This document shows positions 1 to 9,379 of a stretch of 64,000 bases of DNA, one piece after another (within the stretch, counting starts at the first letter, position 1; every line of letters starts with the position of its first letter). The DNA lies in NCBI GenBank assembly GCA_965217185.1, contig OZ244252.1, forward strand, positions 2,176,001 to 2,240,000, given 5' to 3'. Source of the stretch: an uncultured Candidatus Entotheonella sp. (GTDB lineage Bacteria; Tectomicrobia; Entotheonellia; Entotheonellales; Entotheonellaceae). The notes under the pieces are model-generated. The model was given only the letters and a program-made list of their open reading frames with translations. It made no database searches and had not been told where the DNA came from. The position numbers were made by a program, and so were the translations under genes.

Positions 1-1
1 C

Positions 2-139
2 GGATTCGACGACAGGGGCCTTCCCATCGGCCTGCAGATCGTCGGGCGGCCGTTCGACGAGGCCACCGTGCTACGCCTGGGGCACGCCTACGAGCAACAC
101 ACCCCGTGGCATCAGCGGGTGCCGGTTCTGCCGGAGTGA
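2..139 (+). CDS. Amidase signature family protein, C-terminal fragment (runs off window start)
   Basis: Frame 2 reads [32 protein letters not shown], the typical amidase/GatA C-terminus; TGA at 137-139. Confidence 0.85.
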   Translation, partial: GFDDRGLPIGLQIVGRPFDEATVLRLGHAYEQHTPWHQRVPVLPE

Positions 140-156
140 CCAAAAAGGGAGGCGTC

Positions 157-1104
157 ATGAAAGCCGTTTACGTCGAGCAAACAGGTCCGCCGGATGCGCT
201 GATCTACGGCGACTTGCCGGCGCCGCGCCCGGGGCCTAACGACGTGCTGATCCGCGTGGCTGCTACGTCGCTGAACCGCCTGGACATTTTCATGCGGGAA
301 GGGTCGCACGGCACCCGCATCACCCCACCGCATATTCTGGGGCGCGACATCGCCGGTGAGGTGGCGGGGCTCGGTTCCGAGGTGCAAGGCTTCCAGGTCG
401 GCGACCGCGTCGTTGCCAGTGGCACCGGCAGCTACGCGGAATACGCCGTGGCGCCCGCCGAGCGCACCTTTCATCTCACGCAGAACTGTTCGTACGACGA
501 GGCCGGGGCGTTGCCCACGGCGGGTCTGACGGCGTATCAGATGCTGATCAACCGCGCCCGCGTCCGGCCGGGGGAGACTGTGCTGGTGATGGCCGCCGGC
601 AGCGGCGTCAGCAGCTTTGCCGTACAGATTGCCAAGGCCGTTGGCGCGCGTGTCATCGCCACTGCGGGGAGCGACGACAAGCTGAGCCAGGCGCAACGGA
701 TCGGCGCCGAGGCGGTCATCAATCACTACATGGAGGACGTGAGCGCGCGGGTGCGGGAACTGACCGGTGGCGAGGGCGTGGACGTGATCATCGAGCACGT
801 CGGCGCCGCGGTGTGGCCGGCCTGTTTCCGCAGCCTCGCCGTGAACGGTCGCCTGGTGACCTGCGGCGTCACCGCCGGCCACCGTGTCGACTTGCATCTG
901 GGGCAGGTGTTTACGCGCGCCCTGAGCATCATGGGGGTGGGACGCGGCTCCCCCGACGACATGCGGGAGTTGCTGCGCCTCGTCGACCTGGGCCGCGTGC
1001 GTTCGGTCATCCACCAGCGCTTTCCCTTGCGGGACGCCGCGGCGGCACACCGCCTGCTGGAGAGCTCGGCGTTTTTCGGCAAGGTGGTTCTCAACCCGTC
1101 GTGA
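157..1104 (+). CDS. Zinc-binding dehydrogenase / NADPH:quinone oxidoreductase (MDR family)
   Basis: GGAGG RBS before ATG157; MKAVYV..GPPDAL start, PHILGRDIAGEV, AAGSGV nucleotide-binding region, GKVVL C-terminus. Confidence 0.9.
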   Translation: MKAVYVEQTGPPDALIYGDLPAPRPGPNDVLIRVAATSLNRLDIFMREGSHGTRITPPHILGRDIAGEVAGLGSEVQGFQVGDRVVASGTGSYAEYAVAPAERTFHLTQNCSYDEAGALPTAGLTAYQMLINRARVRPGETVLVMAAGSGVSSFAVQIAKAVGARVIATAGSDDKLSQAQRIGAEAVINHYMEDVSARVRELTGGEGVDVIIEHVGAAVWPACFRSLAVNGRLVTCGVTAGHRVDLHLGQVFTRALSIMGVGRGSPDDMRELLRLVDLGRVRSVIHQRFPLRDAAAAHRLLESSAFFGKVVLNPS

Positions 1105-1165
1105 TGCGCTGCAAGGCCGCTTTTATCGCCCTTTGCTCAAGACGCGTGAAAGGAGAGAAAGACGG

Positions 1166-4100
1166 ATGCCGAAACGGGACATTGAAACCTACGCGCATAC
1201 CGATAAGGAGCGCGTCAACAACCCGCCCGTTGGCTTGGTTACACCGGAGACCGACCGCGACACGGGCCGCAGGACCTATGCCCACGACCCGCACTTGGAC
1301 CCGCAACTCTCGTGGGCCGGCAAGGCGGAGCATACGTCGTTCGAGGTGCCGACCGTGTCGTTGCACGTGCACGAGCGCATCGACCCGCGCACGATTGTTG
1401 AGTCGGTGCGCAAGCGAAACGGCGCGCAACCGCAGATGTCTTTGTTCACCGCGCCGGAGGAAAACCCGCCGCTCCGCCAGGCCATCGAGTTCTACCGTCA
1501 CCGTCACAACTGGACCAATCGCCTGATTGCGGGCGACAGTCTGCTGATCATGAACAGCCTGATCGAGAAGGAGGGCCTTGGCGGGCAGGTGCAGACGGTC
1601 TACCTCGACCCGCCCTACGGCATCCGCTACGGCTCCAACTTCCAGCCCTTCGTGAACCGGCGCGAGGTCACCGACGGCAAGGACGAGGACCTGACCAGCG
1701 AGCCGGAGCAGATTCGCGCCTTTCGGGACACCTGGGAACTCGGCATTCACTCTTACCTTGCGTATCTCCGGGACCGGCTGCTGCTGGCGCGCGAGTTGTT
1801 GCACGAGAGCGGGAGTTGCTTCGTGCAGATCGGCGATGAGAACGTCCACCGCGTCGGCATGGCCATGGACGAGATATTCGGCGCCGAGAACCGGGTGGCG
1901 ACCATTTCCTACGCTACTTCGGGTAGCAGTTCAGCCAATACATTGCCGCAGGTCGCGGACTATCTCCTCTGGTACGCCAAGGACAAACCGCACCTGAAGT
2001 ACCGGCGATTGTACGAACCGCTCACGCGGGCCGAGGTCATCGAGTCCTTCAGTTGGCACGTTATGGTTGAACTGCCCGATGGCCAACGCCGCAAACCTAC
2101 GACGGAGGAATGTTTCGCCCCCGACACCTATCTGCCTGACGGTGCGCGCATCTACGCACGCATGCCTCTCGACTCACAAGGCGTCTCTACCACGGGTCGT
2201 TCCGAACCCTATGAATGGAATGGTCGGGTCTTTCATTGCGGTAAGGACAGGCACTGGGCGATTTCAAGCAAGGGTAGGGACAGGCTCGCCGAATTGGACC
2301 GGTTGGAAGCCCTGGAAGGGCAGGACTCGCTAAGGTGGAAGCGATACGCAGACGAGGTTCCCGGCCGGCCGATCAACAATATCTGGGCCGCCCCGATGTC
2401 GCCTACCGACAAACGCTACGTGGTTGAAACCGCAACCAAGGCCATTCAGCGCTGCATCCTGATGACCACCGACCCCGGCGACTTGGTGTTCGATCCTACC
2501 TGTGGCTCCGGCACGACTGCGCATGTTGCTGAGCAGTGGGGCCGACGCTGGATCACCTGCGACACCTCGCGGGTGGCCATCGCCATCGCCCGGCAGCGGC
2601 TGATGACCGCCAATTATGACTATTACCAACTGGCCCATCCCGACGAAGGAGTCGGCGCCGGCTTTCGGTACAGCAGTGTTCCCACCGTCTCGGCGCGGAC
2701 CTTGGCTTACGACGAGCCGCCCAACGAAACCATGCTCTACGACCAGCCGCATAGCGACCGCAGGAAGGCCCGCGTCACCGGTCCGTTCACCGTGGAGGCG
2801 GTGCCGGCTCCCGTCGTTACGTCGGTGGATGAGATCGTTGACCCTCACCCCGGGCCTCTCCCGGGGGGAGAGGGAGCTATGGCAAGCCCTCACCCGCTAG
2901 AAGAGGGAGATACGGAAAGCCCGCGCCTGCTGGGAGAGGGAGATAGGATGGAGGAGGGAGACGTGAAAAACCCTCTCCCTCTGGGAGAGGGCCGGGGTGA
3001 GGGAAAACAGGCCGCGCCAGCCCTCGACCCGCATCTCCTGGCTCTCGCCCGCAAGCTGCGCAAAGAACAGACCAACGCCGAGCAACTGCTCTGGCACGTG
3101 CTGCGAAACCGACAATTCGGTGGGCTGAAATTCCGCCGTCAGTACCCGGTTGCGCCGTATGTGCTGGATTTCTACTGCCACGAGGCCCGCTTGGCGATCG
3201 AGGTGGACGAGGGGCAACACAGCGAACCCGATAAAGAACGCCGGGATACGGAGCGCACAGCGTATCTCGGGCGGCAGGGGATAACGGTTATCCGTTTTTG
3301 GAATCATGAGGTGCTGCAAGAGACGGAAGCGGTGCTGGAGCAATTGTATGAGGCCCTCACCCCGGCCCTCTCCCAGAGGGAGAGGGAGAAAGAGGGGGTG
3401 ACCCTTTCCCAAGGGGATGGGGGCGTGGCGGGAGAACGGCCCCAAGGTCTGCGGGGGACCGCAGCCGCCGATCTTTCCATCGCCCGCTCCGGTGAAACGC
3501 TGCGGCAAAGCGACTGGCGCGACGAATTGCTCAAGACCGGCATTCGCGGCAAGGCTGGTCAGCGCATCTCGTTCGCGCGGCTGGAACCGTTGCCGGCAAC
3601 CCGCTGGCTGCACGCCGAGGGCGAGACGCGCCCGGACGCCGCCGGCGCCGACCACGTGCATGAATCCGCCATCGCCTACACGTCCACGCCCTTGGTGGTT
3701 TCATTCGGGCCGAACCACGCCCCGCTGGAGCAGCGGCAGGTCGCCCGCGCCATCGAGGAGACGCAAAGCCTCGTCCCCAAGCCGAAGATGATCGTCTTCG
3801 CGGCGTTTCAGTTCGACCCCGAGGCGGCCAAGGACATCGACGAGACCCACTGGCCGGGCGTCACGCTGCTCAAGGCGCAGATGAACGCCGACCTGCTGAC
3901 CGAGGACCTGAAGAAGAAGCGGGCAAGTAATGAGAGCTTCTGGCTGATCGGCCAGCCGGACGTGGAAGTTTTGAGTTTTCAGTTTTTAGTTTTTGGTGAG
4001 GGGCAGCGGAGGATTGGCGAATATGGAGCGTTCAAGAAGCTATCGGGACTTGATCGTCTGGAAGAGATCAATCGGCTTGATTGGCAAGCTCTATGCCTCT

Positions 4101-4785
4101 ACGCGCTCCTTTCCCAAGGAAGAGACGTATGGCATTACCTCGCAGATACGCAGGGCTGGGATTTCGATAGCGGCCAATATCGTGGAAGGCCAAGCCAGAA
4201 ACACGAGCGGGGAGTTCCGGCAGTTTCTTGGAATAGCCCAAGGCTCGTTGGCGGAGTTGGAAACGTTGCTGACGATCTCGCAGAATTTGGGATATCTGAC
4301 CTCGCCGGATGCCGAAGGGTTATTGAGCGGCTGCGAGGAGATCGGCAGATTGCTGGCAGGCTTGCAGAAATCGCTGAAGCCCTGAACTTTCCCATCCAAC
4401 CCCGCACTCAAAACTATCAACTCAAAACTATCAACTCAAAACTCAAAACTTGCACAGCCTCGCCGTGCACGGCTTCGACTACTACAACACCAAGACCGGC
4501 AACGTCGAATCCGGCGGCTCGGACCGCATCGCCCTGTGGATGCTGGACCTGGACTATGACGGTCGCAGCCTGTTTCCGCGCCAGGTGTTCTTCCCCATGG
4601 CCGGCGGCAATGACGGCTGGGCGAAGCTGGCCCGCCATCTCAGGGTTGAGATCGACCAGGGCCGGATGGAAGCCTACCGCGGCACCGTCTCGCTGCCGTT
4701 TGAGGCGGGAGAGCATCGACGGGCGGCGGTGAAAATTGTGGACGACCGGGGGATCGAGAGCCTGAAGATCGTGGAGTTGGGGTGA
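1166..4785 (+). CDS. mod: Type III R-M DNA methyltransferase (Mod), with two internal insertions and a frameshift in the 4405-4450 repeat tract
   Basis: DPPY catalytic motif, FDPTCGSGTT SAM-binding motif; C-terminal block (VHGFDYYNTKTG...AVKIVDDRGIESLKI) lies in a different frame, 4450-4785; Res gene downstream. Confidence 0.85.
2841..3420 (+). mobile_element. In-frame DUF559 (Vsr-like) endonuclease cassette bounded by REP-like palindromes inside mod
   Basis: ARKLRKEQTNAEQLLW..LRNRQFGGLKFRRQYPV.PYVLDFYC..RLAIEVD.GQH...VIRFWN; perfect 33-bp inverted repeat 2971-3003 / 3354-3386, with a further variant at about 2842-2873. Confidence 0.8.
3962..4455. repeat. Inverted heptamer-repeat arms bounding the four-helix-bundle insert
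   Basis: Left arm AGTTTTN x4 (3967-3994); right arm CAAAACT/ATCAACT x6 (4409-4450); the outer 18 nt match as an inverted repeat with one mismatch (gtgGaagttttgagtttt vs gtgCaagttttgagtttt). Confidence 0.9.
4023..4385 (+). CDS. Four-helix-bundle protein (23S rRNA intervening-sequence protein / Avd-like family), nested in mod in another frame
   Basis: Own GGAGG RBS; SYRDLIVWKRS...FPKEETYGITSQIRRAGISIAANIVEG.AR....EFRQFLGIAQGSLAELET. Confidence 0.9.
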   Translation: MERSRSYRDLIVWKRSIGLIGKLYASTRSFPKEETYGITSQIRRAGISIAANIVEGQARNTSGEFRQFLGIAQGSLAELETLLTISQNLGYLTSPDAEGLLSGCEEIGRLLAGLQKSLKP

Positions 4786-5593
4786 TGGCGCAAACGAAAA
4801 AAGGCAAAGCGCTTGAACGGTTGCGGAAGGCGCTGGACGAAATCGCCGAATTGAAACCATTGTCGGCGAACTCTCCGCAATTCAAGAAATGGCGAAGAGA
4901 TACGCGGGTTGCCATCACCAATACGTTTGGTAGTGATTCAGAACATATCGCGGATTTTGGAGCAGCACGGTTTTTTCATTTTCCATGTACCCATCTGCTT
5001 CAGGGGATCAAAAGGCCTATACGCAAGGCTTGGAATCGGCAGCGGCGATACTCGAGTCCATGATTGATGAGATCAACGAGTATTGGGAAGATGAAAGCGG
5101 GGCGTCACAGTCCTCCGACAACCACAAAAGTGAGCAGATAACCACGAAAGAAGTCTTTGTCGTCCACGGCAGAGACGAAGGCGCTCGTGAAAAGGTAGCG
5201 AGGTTCCTGGAAAGGTTGGAACTCAAACCCGTGGTGCTGCACGAACAGCCGAATGAAGGCCGCACGATTATTGAAAAATTCGAGGATTACACGGACGTCA
5301 GGTTCGCCGTGGTTCTGTTGACGCCGGACGACATAGGCAAGCTGCAGGACGATGCGGGTGACACCAAACCCCGCGCGAGGCAAAACGTCATTCTCGAACT
5401 CAGGTACTTCATCGGGAAGCTCGGTCGGGAACACGTCTGCGCCTTGGTGCAGGGGGACTTGGAAAGGCCGTCGGACTACGATGGCGTTCTTTACATCCCG
5501 CTGGACGATTCTGACGGATGGAAAATGAGGCTTGTGCAGGAGTTGAAGAGCGCTGGATACGATATCGACGCGAACCGGGTATTTACACCATGA
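4785..5593 (+). pseudogene. TIR-like nucleotide-binding protein (CAP12/Pycsar-type TIR domain), frameshifted near 4971-4985
   Basis: C-terminal VFVVHGRDE..PVVLHEQPNEGRTIIEKFE..FAVVLLTPDD..RARQNVILEL.YFIGKLGR; the N-terminal part is in another frame, with the break at a T-rich tract. Confidence 0.75.
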
Positions 5594-5901
5594 ACACACG
5601 TATCGACATACCGTCCGACAAGGTTGCGGCTTTCTGCCGGCGCTGGCAGATCACGCGCCTTGCGCTGTTCGGATCGATATTGCGCGACGACTTCGGCCCC
5701 GACAGCGATATTGACGTTCTCGTCAAATTCGATGAGACGGCACACCCCACCCTGTTCGACATGAGCCGAATGGAAGCGGAGTTGAAGGCGATTCTGGGAC
5801 GCGAGGTCGATCTCGTCAGTCAGCGCGGTATAGAGAGGAGCCGCAATTACCTTCGCCGGAAAGCGATATTGGAATCCGCGGAACCCGTCTATGGATCGTG
5901 A
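5590..5901 (+). CDS. Minimal nucleotidyltransferase (MNT) antitoxin
   Basis: LFGSILRDDFGPDSDIDVLV motif; overlaps the downstream HEPN gene. Confidence 0.9.
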   Translation: MNTRIDIPSDKVAAFCRRWQITRLALFGSILRDDFGPDSDIDVLVKFDETAHPTLFDMSRMEAELKAILGREVDLVSQRGIERSRNYLRRKAILESAEPVYGS

Positions 5902-6232
5902 TACCGGATCTATTCTCGATATCCTCGAATCGGCACGGACGATAATGGCCTATGTCGCAGGCGTTCCGCGCCAAGAGTTTCTGCGGGATACGCAAATCCA
6001 GGATTCCGTCATTCGTCGCCTGGAGATCATCGGCGAGGCAGCGGGACGCATCTCACCGGGATTTCGCGACACGCATCCGGAAATTCAGTGGTCCGAGATA
6101 AGGAGAATGCGAAACCGGATGATCCACGGATACGACGACATCGATATGGACATCGTGTGGGATACCGTTGAGCGCGATATTCCGCATCTCATTCAAATCA
6201 TTGAATCACTTGCACTACCGGAGAGCGAATAG
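5891..6232 (+). CDS. HEPN/DUF86 toxin (HepT-like RNase)
   Basis: LEIIGEAA and RNRMIHGY (RX4HXY) motif; paired with MNT. Confidence 0.9.
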   Translation: MDRDTGSILDILESARTIMAYVAGVPRQEFLRDTQIQDSVIRRLEIIGEAAGRISPGFRDTHPEIQWSEIRRMRNRMIHGYDDIDMDIVWDTVERDIPHLIQIIESLALPESE

Positions 6233-9042
6233 TGGCCTGCACGACTATCGACCAACTGATCGTCAATTCTCCCTACGAAGAGCCGGCGGAACACTGGCAG
6301 TACGACCGGGTTACGCGCTCGTTCGACCGTGCGGAGGGCCGGCGTTCGGCGGGTTATGTCGTCGCTTCCCCGGATTCCAGGGCGTTTGACGACCCCGGCG
6401 TGTTTGTCGAAATTCCCCTGGTCAACCAGATCCGGCCGCGCGTCAAGGCTTGGCGTGAGGCGGGATATCCGGGCGTCACCGGCATGACCAAGCGGCTATT
6501 GGCGCACTGGGCCGACCCGGAGGAGTTTGAGAATCGGCGGTTCTTTTTCTGCCAGATCGAGGCGGCAGAGACGCTCATCTGGCTTACCGAGGCGCCGGCG
6601 GCCGAGAAGGTCGGCGTGGAGATTCCCTCCGATGGCGGCGCGTTCAGACGGCTGTGCGCCAAGATGGCGACGGGCTCTGGAAAGACCATCGTTATGGCCA
6701 TGGTCCTGGCGTGGCACATCCTGAACAAGATGACAACGCCCCAGGACGCCCGGTTCGCCAAGCATATCCTGGTTGTCGCGCCGGGGCTCACGGTCAGGAA
6801 TCGCCTGGCGGTGCTGGAGCCGTCCCACCCGGAGAATTATTACGACGCCTTCCGCATTGTGCCGTCGGCTCTGCTCGACAAGCTGAGGCAAGGCAAGGTC
6901 GTGATCCGCAACTGGCACACGCTCAACTGGGAGAATGAGGACAAAACCGCTGCCAAGCGCGGGGTGGACAAGCGCGGCGCCAAAAGCGATGAAGCCTATG
7001 TCCGCGACGTGCTGGGAGATATGGCGCGGGCGCGGAACATTCTGGTCATCAACGACGAGGCACATCACGCTTGGCGCGTTCCTGCCGGATCCAAGCTGAA
7101 GGGCGTCGCCAAGGCCGACATCGAGGAAGCCACTAGATGGGTCGGCGGCCTCGACCGCATCCACAGGGCGCGGGGCATCCTCGCCTGCTACGACTTCTCG
7201 GCGACCCCTTTCGCACCGTCAGGCAAGCAGAGTTCCGAAGAGGCGCTGTTCGGCTGGATCGTGAGCGACTTCGGCCTGAACGACGCCATCGAATCGGGTT
7301 TGGTCAAGACGCCGCGTGTGGTGATCCGGGACGACGCGGTGCCCGATGCCAAGACCTACAGATCCCGCCTCTATCACATTTACAACGATGCGGAGGTCAA
7401 AGATGACCTGAACCGCCCTGCCAAGACGGAAGAGCCGCTACCCGATCTGGTCCTGAACGGTTATTACCTGCTTGGCTACGATTGGCGCGAGACGGCGAAA
7501 GATTGGAGCGACAAGGGATTCCGAACCCCGCCGGTCATGATCACCGTTGCCAACCGTACGGAGACAGCAGCTCGGATCAAGCACGCGTTCGATCGCAGTC
7601 GGGTCCATATTGAGGAACTATGCGACCCGGAGCGAACCTTGCATATCGACTCGAAGGTGCTTGAAGCAGCCGAGGCTGCCGCGGAGCCCATGCCGGGGGT
7701 TGATGCGGGAGGTGATGGAGGCAATGACGGCGGGAACTCGACCAAGCTTACCAAGAAACAGCAGGCGGAGTTATTGCGCCGGCAAGTGGACAGCGTGGGG
7801 CGGCTCGGCAAGGAGGGTGAGCGAATACAAAACGTGATTTCCGTCGGCATGCTCTCCGAGGGATGGGACGCGAAAACCGTGACCCATATCATGGGCCTGC
7901 GCGCCTTTACCAGCCAGCTTCTCTGTGAGCAGGTGGTCGGGCGCGGCTTGCGCCGGACCTCCTATGAGGTGGACCCGGATAACGGCCTGTTCCAGCCGGA
8001 ATACGTCAATATCTTCGGCGTGCCCTTTACCTTTTTACCGCACGAGGGCGGAACGGACGGCCCGCCGCCGCCGCCGGAACCAAAGACGGCTATCGAGCCG
8101 GTAGCGGACAGGGCGGGTTTCGAAATCCCCTGGCCGAACGTGGTCCGCATCGACCATGGCTTCCGTGCGCACCTGTTCCTGGATTGGCAGGCGTTGCAAC
8201 CTCTGGAACTCGACGCCAGCCAGACGGCCCAGCTTGCGGAGCTTGCCCCGATTGTCGAAGGCAAGCCCGACGTGTCGAAGATCGAGGCTATCGATTTGCA
8301 AAAACTGGCGGCGGAGTTCCGCACGCAGCGCATCGTCTTTGAGACAGCGCGGGACGTGTACGATCTGATGCAACCGAATTGGCCGGGCGGCAAGGCGTTG
8401 CTGCTGGCCCAGCTAGTGCGGTTGATCGAGCAATTCATCCGTTCGGACAGCATCAGGATTACCCCAGCCCTGTTCCGGTACGACGACCTCAAGCGCCGCC
8501 TCATCATCACGCTGAACATGACCAAGGTTGTGCAGCACGTCTGGGAGGGAATTCGTTTCGAGAATACCGAAAGACTGGAGCCGGTGTTCGACCGCGACCG
8601 TCCCATCCGTTCCACCGGTGACATGGCCACGTGGTACACGGGCAAGCCCTGTGGGCGCGCGGCGCGCAGCCACATCAGCTTCTGCGTCTACGACGGTACC
8701 TGGGAGGCGTCAGAAGCTTTCGTGCTCGACCACGCCGACGAGGTAGCCGCCTGGGTGAAGAACGATCATCTCGGCTTCGAGGTGTTCTACGTTCACCGAG
8801 GCGTGGTGCGGAAGTATCGCCCGGATTTCCTGATCCGGTTCACTTCGGGCGATATGCTGGTTCTGGAGGTCAAGGGGCAAGACAGCGACCGGGACCAGAC
8901 CAAGCGCCGATTCCTGGACGAATGGGTACGCGCCGTCAATGCCCATGGCGGCTTCGGTCGCTGGGCCTGGGACGTGTCGAAAGCTCCCAGCGACATTTGC
9001 GACATCCTGGCGCGACATGCTCATGAGATGCCTACCGCTTGA
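6232..9042 (+). CDS. res: Type III restriction endonuclease subunit (Res), SF2 helicase with C-terminal nuclease
   Basis: KMATGSGKT Walker A, DEAHH, SAT, EGWD, QVVGRGLR, and PDFL..LEVKG nuclease motif. Confidence 0.9.
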   Translation: MACTTIDQLIVNSPYEEPAEHWQYDRVTRSFDRAEGRRSAGYVVASPDSRAFDDPGVFVEIPLVNQIRPRVKAWREAGYPGVTGMTKRLLAHWADPEEFENRRFFFCQIEAAETLIWLTEAPAAEKVGVEIPSDGGAFRRLCAKMATGSGKTIVMAMVLAWHILNKMTTPQDARFAKHILVVAPGLTVRNRLAVLEPSHPENYYDAFRIVPSALLDKLRQGKVVIRNWHTLNWENEDKTAAKRGVDKRGAKSDEAYVRDVLGDMARARNILVINDEAHHAWRVPAGSKLKGVAKADIEEATRWVGGLDRIHRARGILACYDFSATPFAPSGKQSSEEALFGWIVSDFGLNDAIESGLVKTPRVVIRDDAVPDAKTYRSRLYHIYNDAEVKDDLNRPAKTEEPLPDLVLNGYYLLGYDWRETAKDWSDKGFRTPPVMITVANRTETAARIKHAFDRSRVHIEELCDPERTLHIDSKVLEAAEAAAEPMPGVDAGGDGGNDGGNSTKLTKKQQAELLRRQVDSVGRLGKEGERIQNVISVGMLSEGWDAKTVTHIMGLRAFTSQLLCEQVVGRGLRRTSYEVDPDNGLFQPEYVNIFGVPFTFLPHEGGTDGPPPPPEPKTAIEPVADRAGFEIPWPNVVRIDHGFRAHLFLDWQALQPLELDASQTAQLAELAPIVEGKPDVSKIEAIDLQKLAAEFRTQRIVFETARDVYDLMQPNWPGGKALLLAQLVRLIEQFIRSDSIRITPALFRYDDLKRRLIITLNMTKVVQHVWEGIRFENTERLEPVFDRDRPIRSTGDMATWYTGKPCGRAARSHISFCVYDGTWEASEAFVLDHADEVAAWVKNDHLGFEVFYVHRGVVRKYRPDFLIRFTSGDMLVLEVKGQDSDRDQTKRRFLDEWVRAVNAHGGFGRWAWDVSKAPSDICDILARHAHEMPTA

Positions 9043-9102
9043 AAATTCGGACGGTCAACCGACTGCTGGGGCGCTGCAGATACTGGAGGTGGAATCAATT
9101 CC

Positions 9103-9348
9103 GTGATCAACTTGAAATACGACTTGGTCATCGAGGCAACCGTCGACCCGAACTTCTTCGGGTTTTATTCCCTGGATCTGGAAGGGTTTGCCGAGGTGGG
9201 GCACGCTATAGAGGATTGTCTTTACAAGGCCAGATGGGGCATGGAAGAGCACGTTGAATTGCTGCGCGAACAGGAAATGCCTGTCCCTGATATGAACGCT
9301 GCCCCGACGATCATCATCCGAAATGAGCCCGAGAAGACTGTGGTATAG
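9103..9348 (+). CDS. HicB-like antitoxin
   Basis: YDLVIEAT..FFGFYSLDLEGF..VGHAIEDCL..ARWGMEEHVELLREQEMPVP resembles the HicB fold; GGAGG RBS. Confidence 0.65.
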   Translation: MINLKYDLVIEATVDPNFFGFYSLDLEGFAEVGHAIEDCLYKARWGMEEHVELLREQEMPVPDMNAAPTIIIRNEPEKTVV

Positions 9349-9379
9349 CCCGCAAGATCAGGTTGGATATCGCATATGC

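Noticed and set aside
3962..4455. Diversity-generating retroelement, suggested by the Avd-like protein
   Set aside because: No reverse transcriptase and no template/variable repeat pair with adenine-specific differences seen in the window
1133..4732. The 1199-aa ORF as the complete, native Mod protein
   Set aside because: Its last ~95 residues are out-of-frame sequence; the conserved Mod C-terminus is in the 4450-4785 frame
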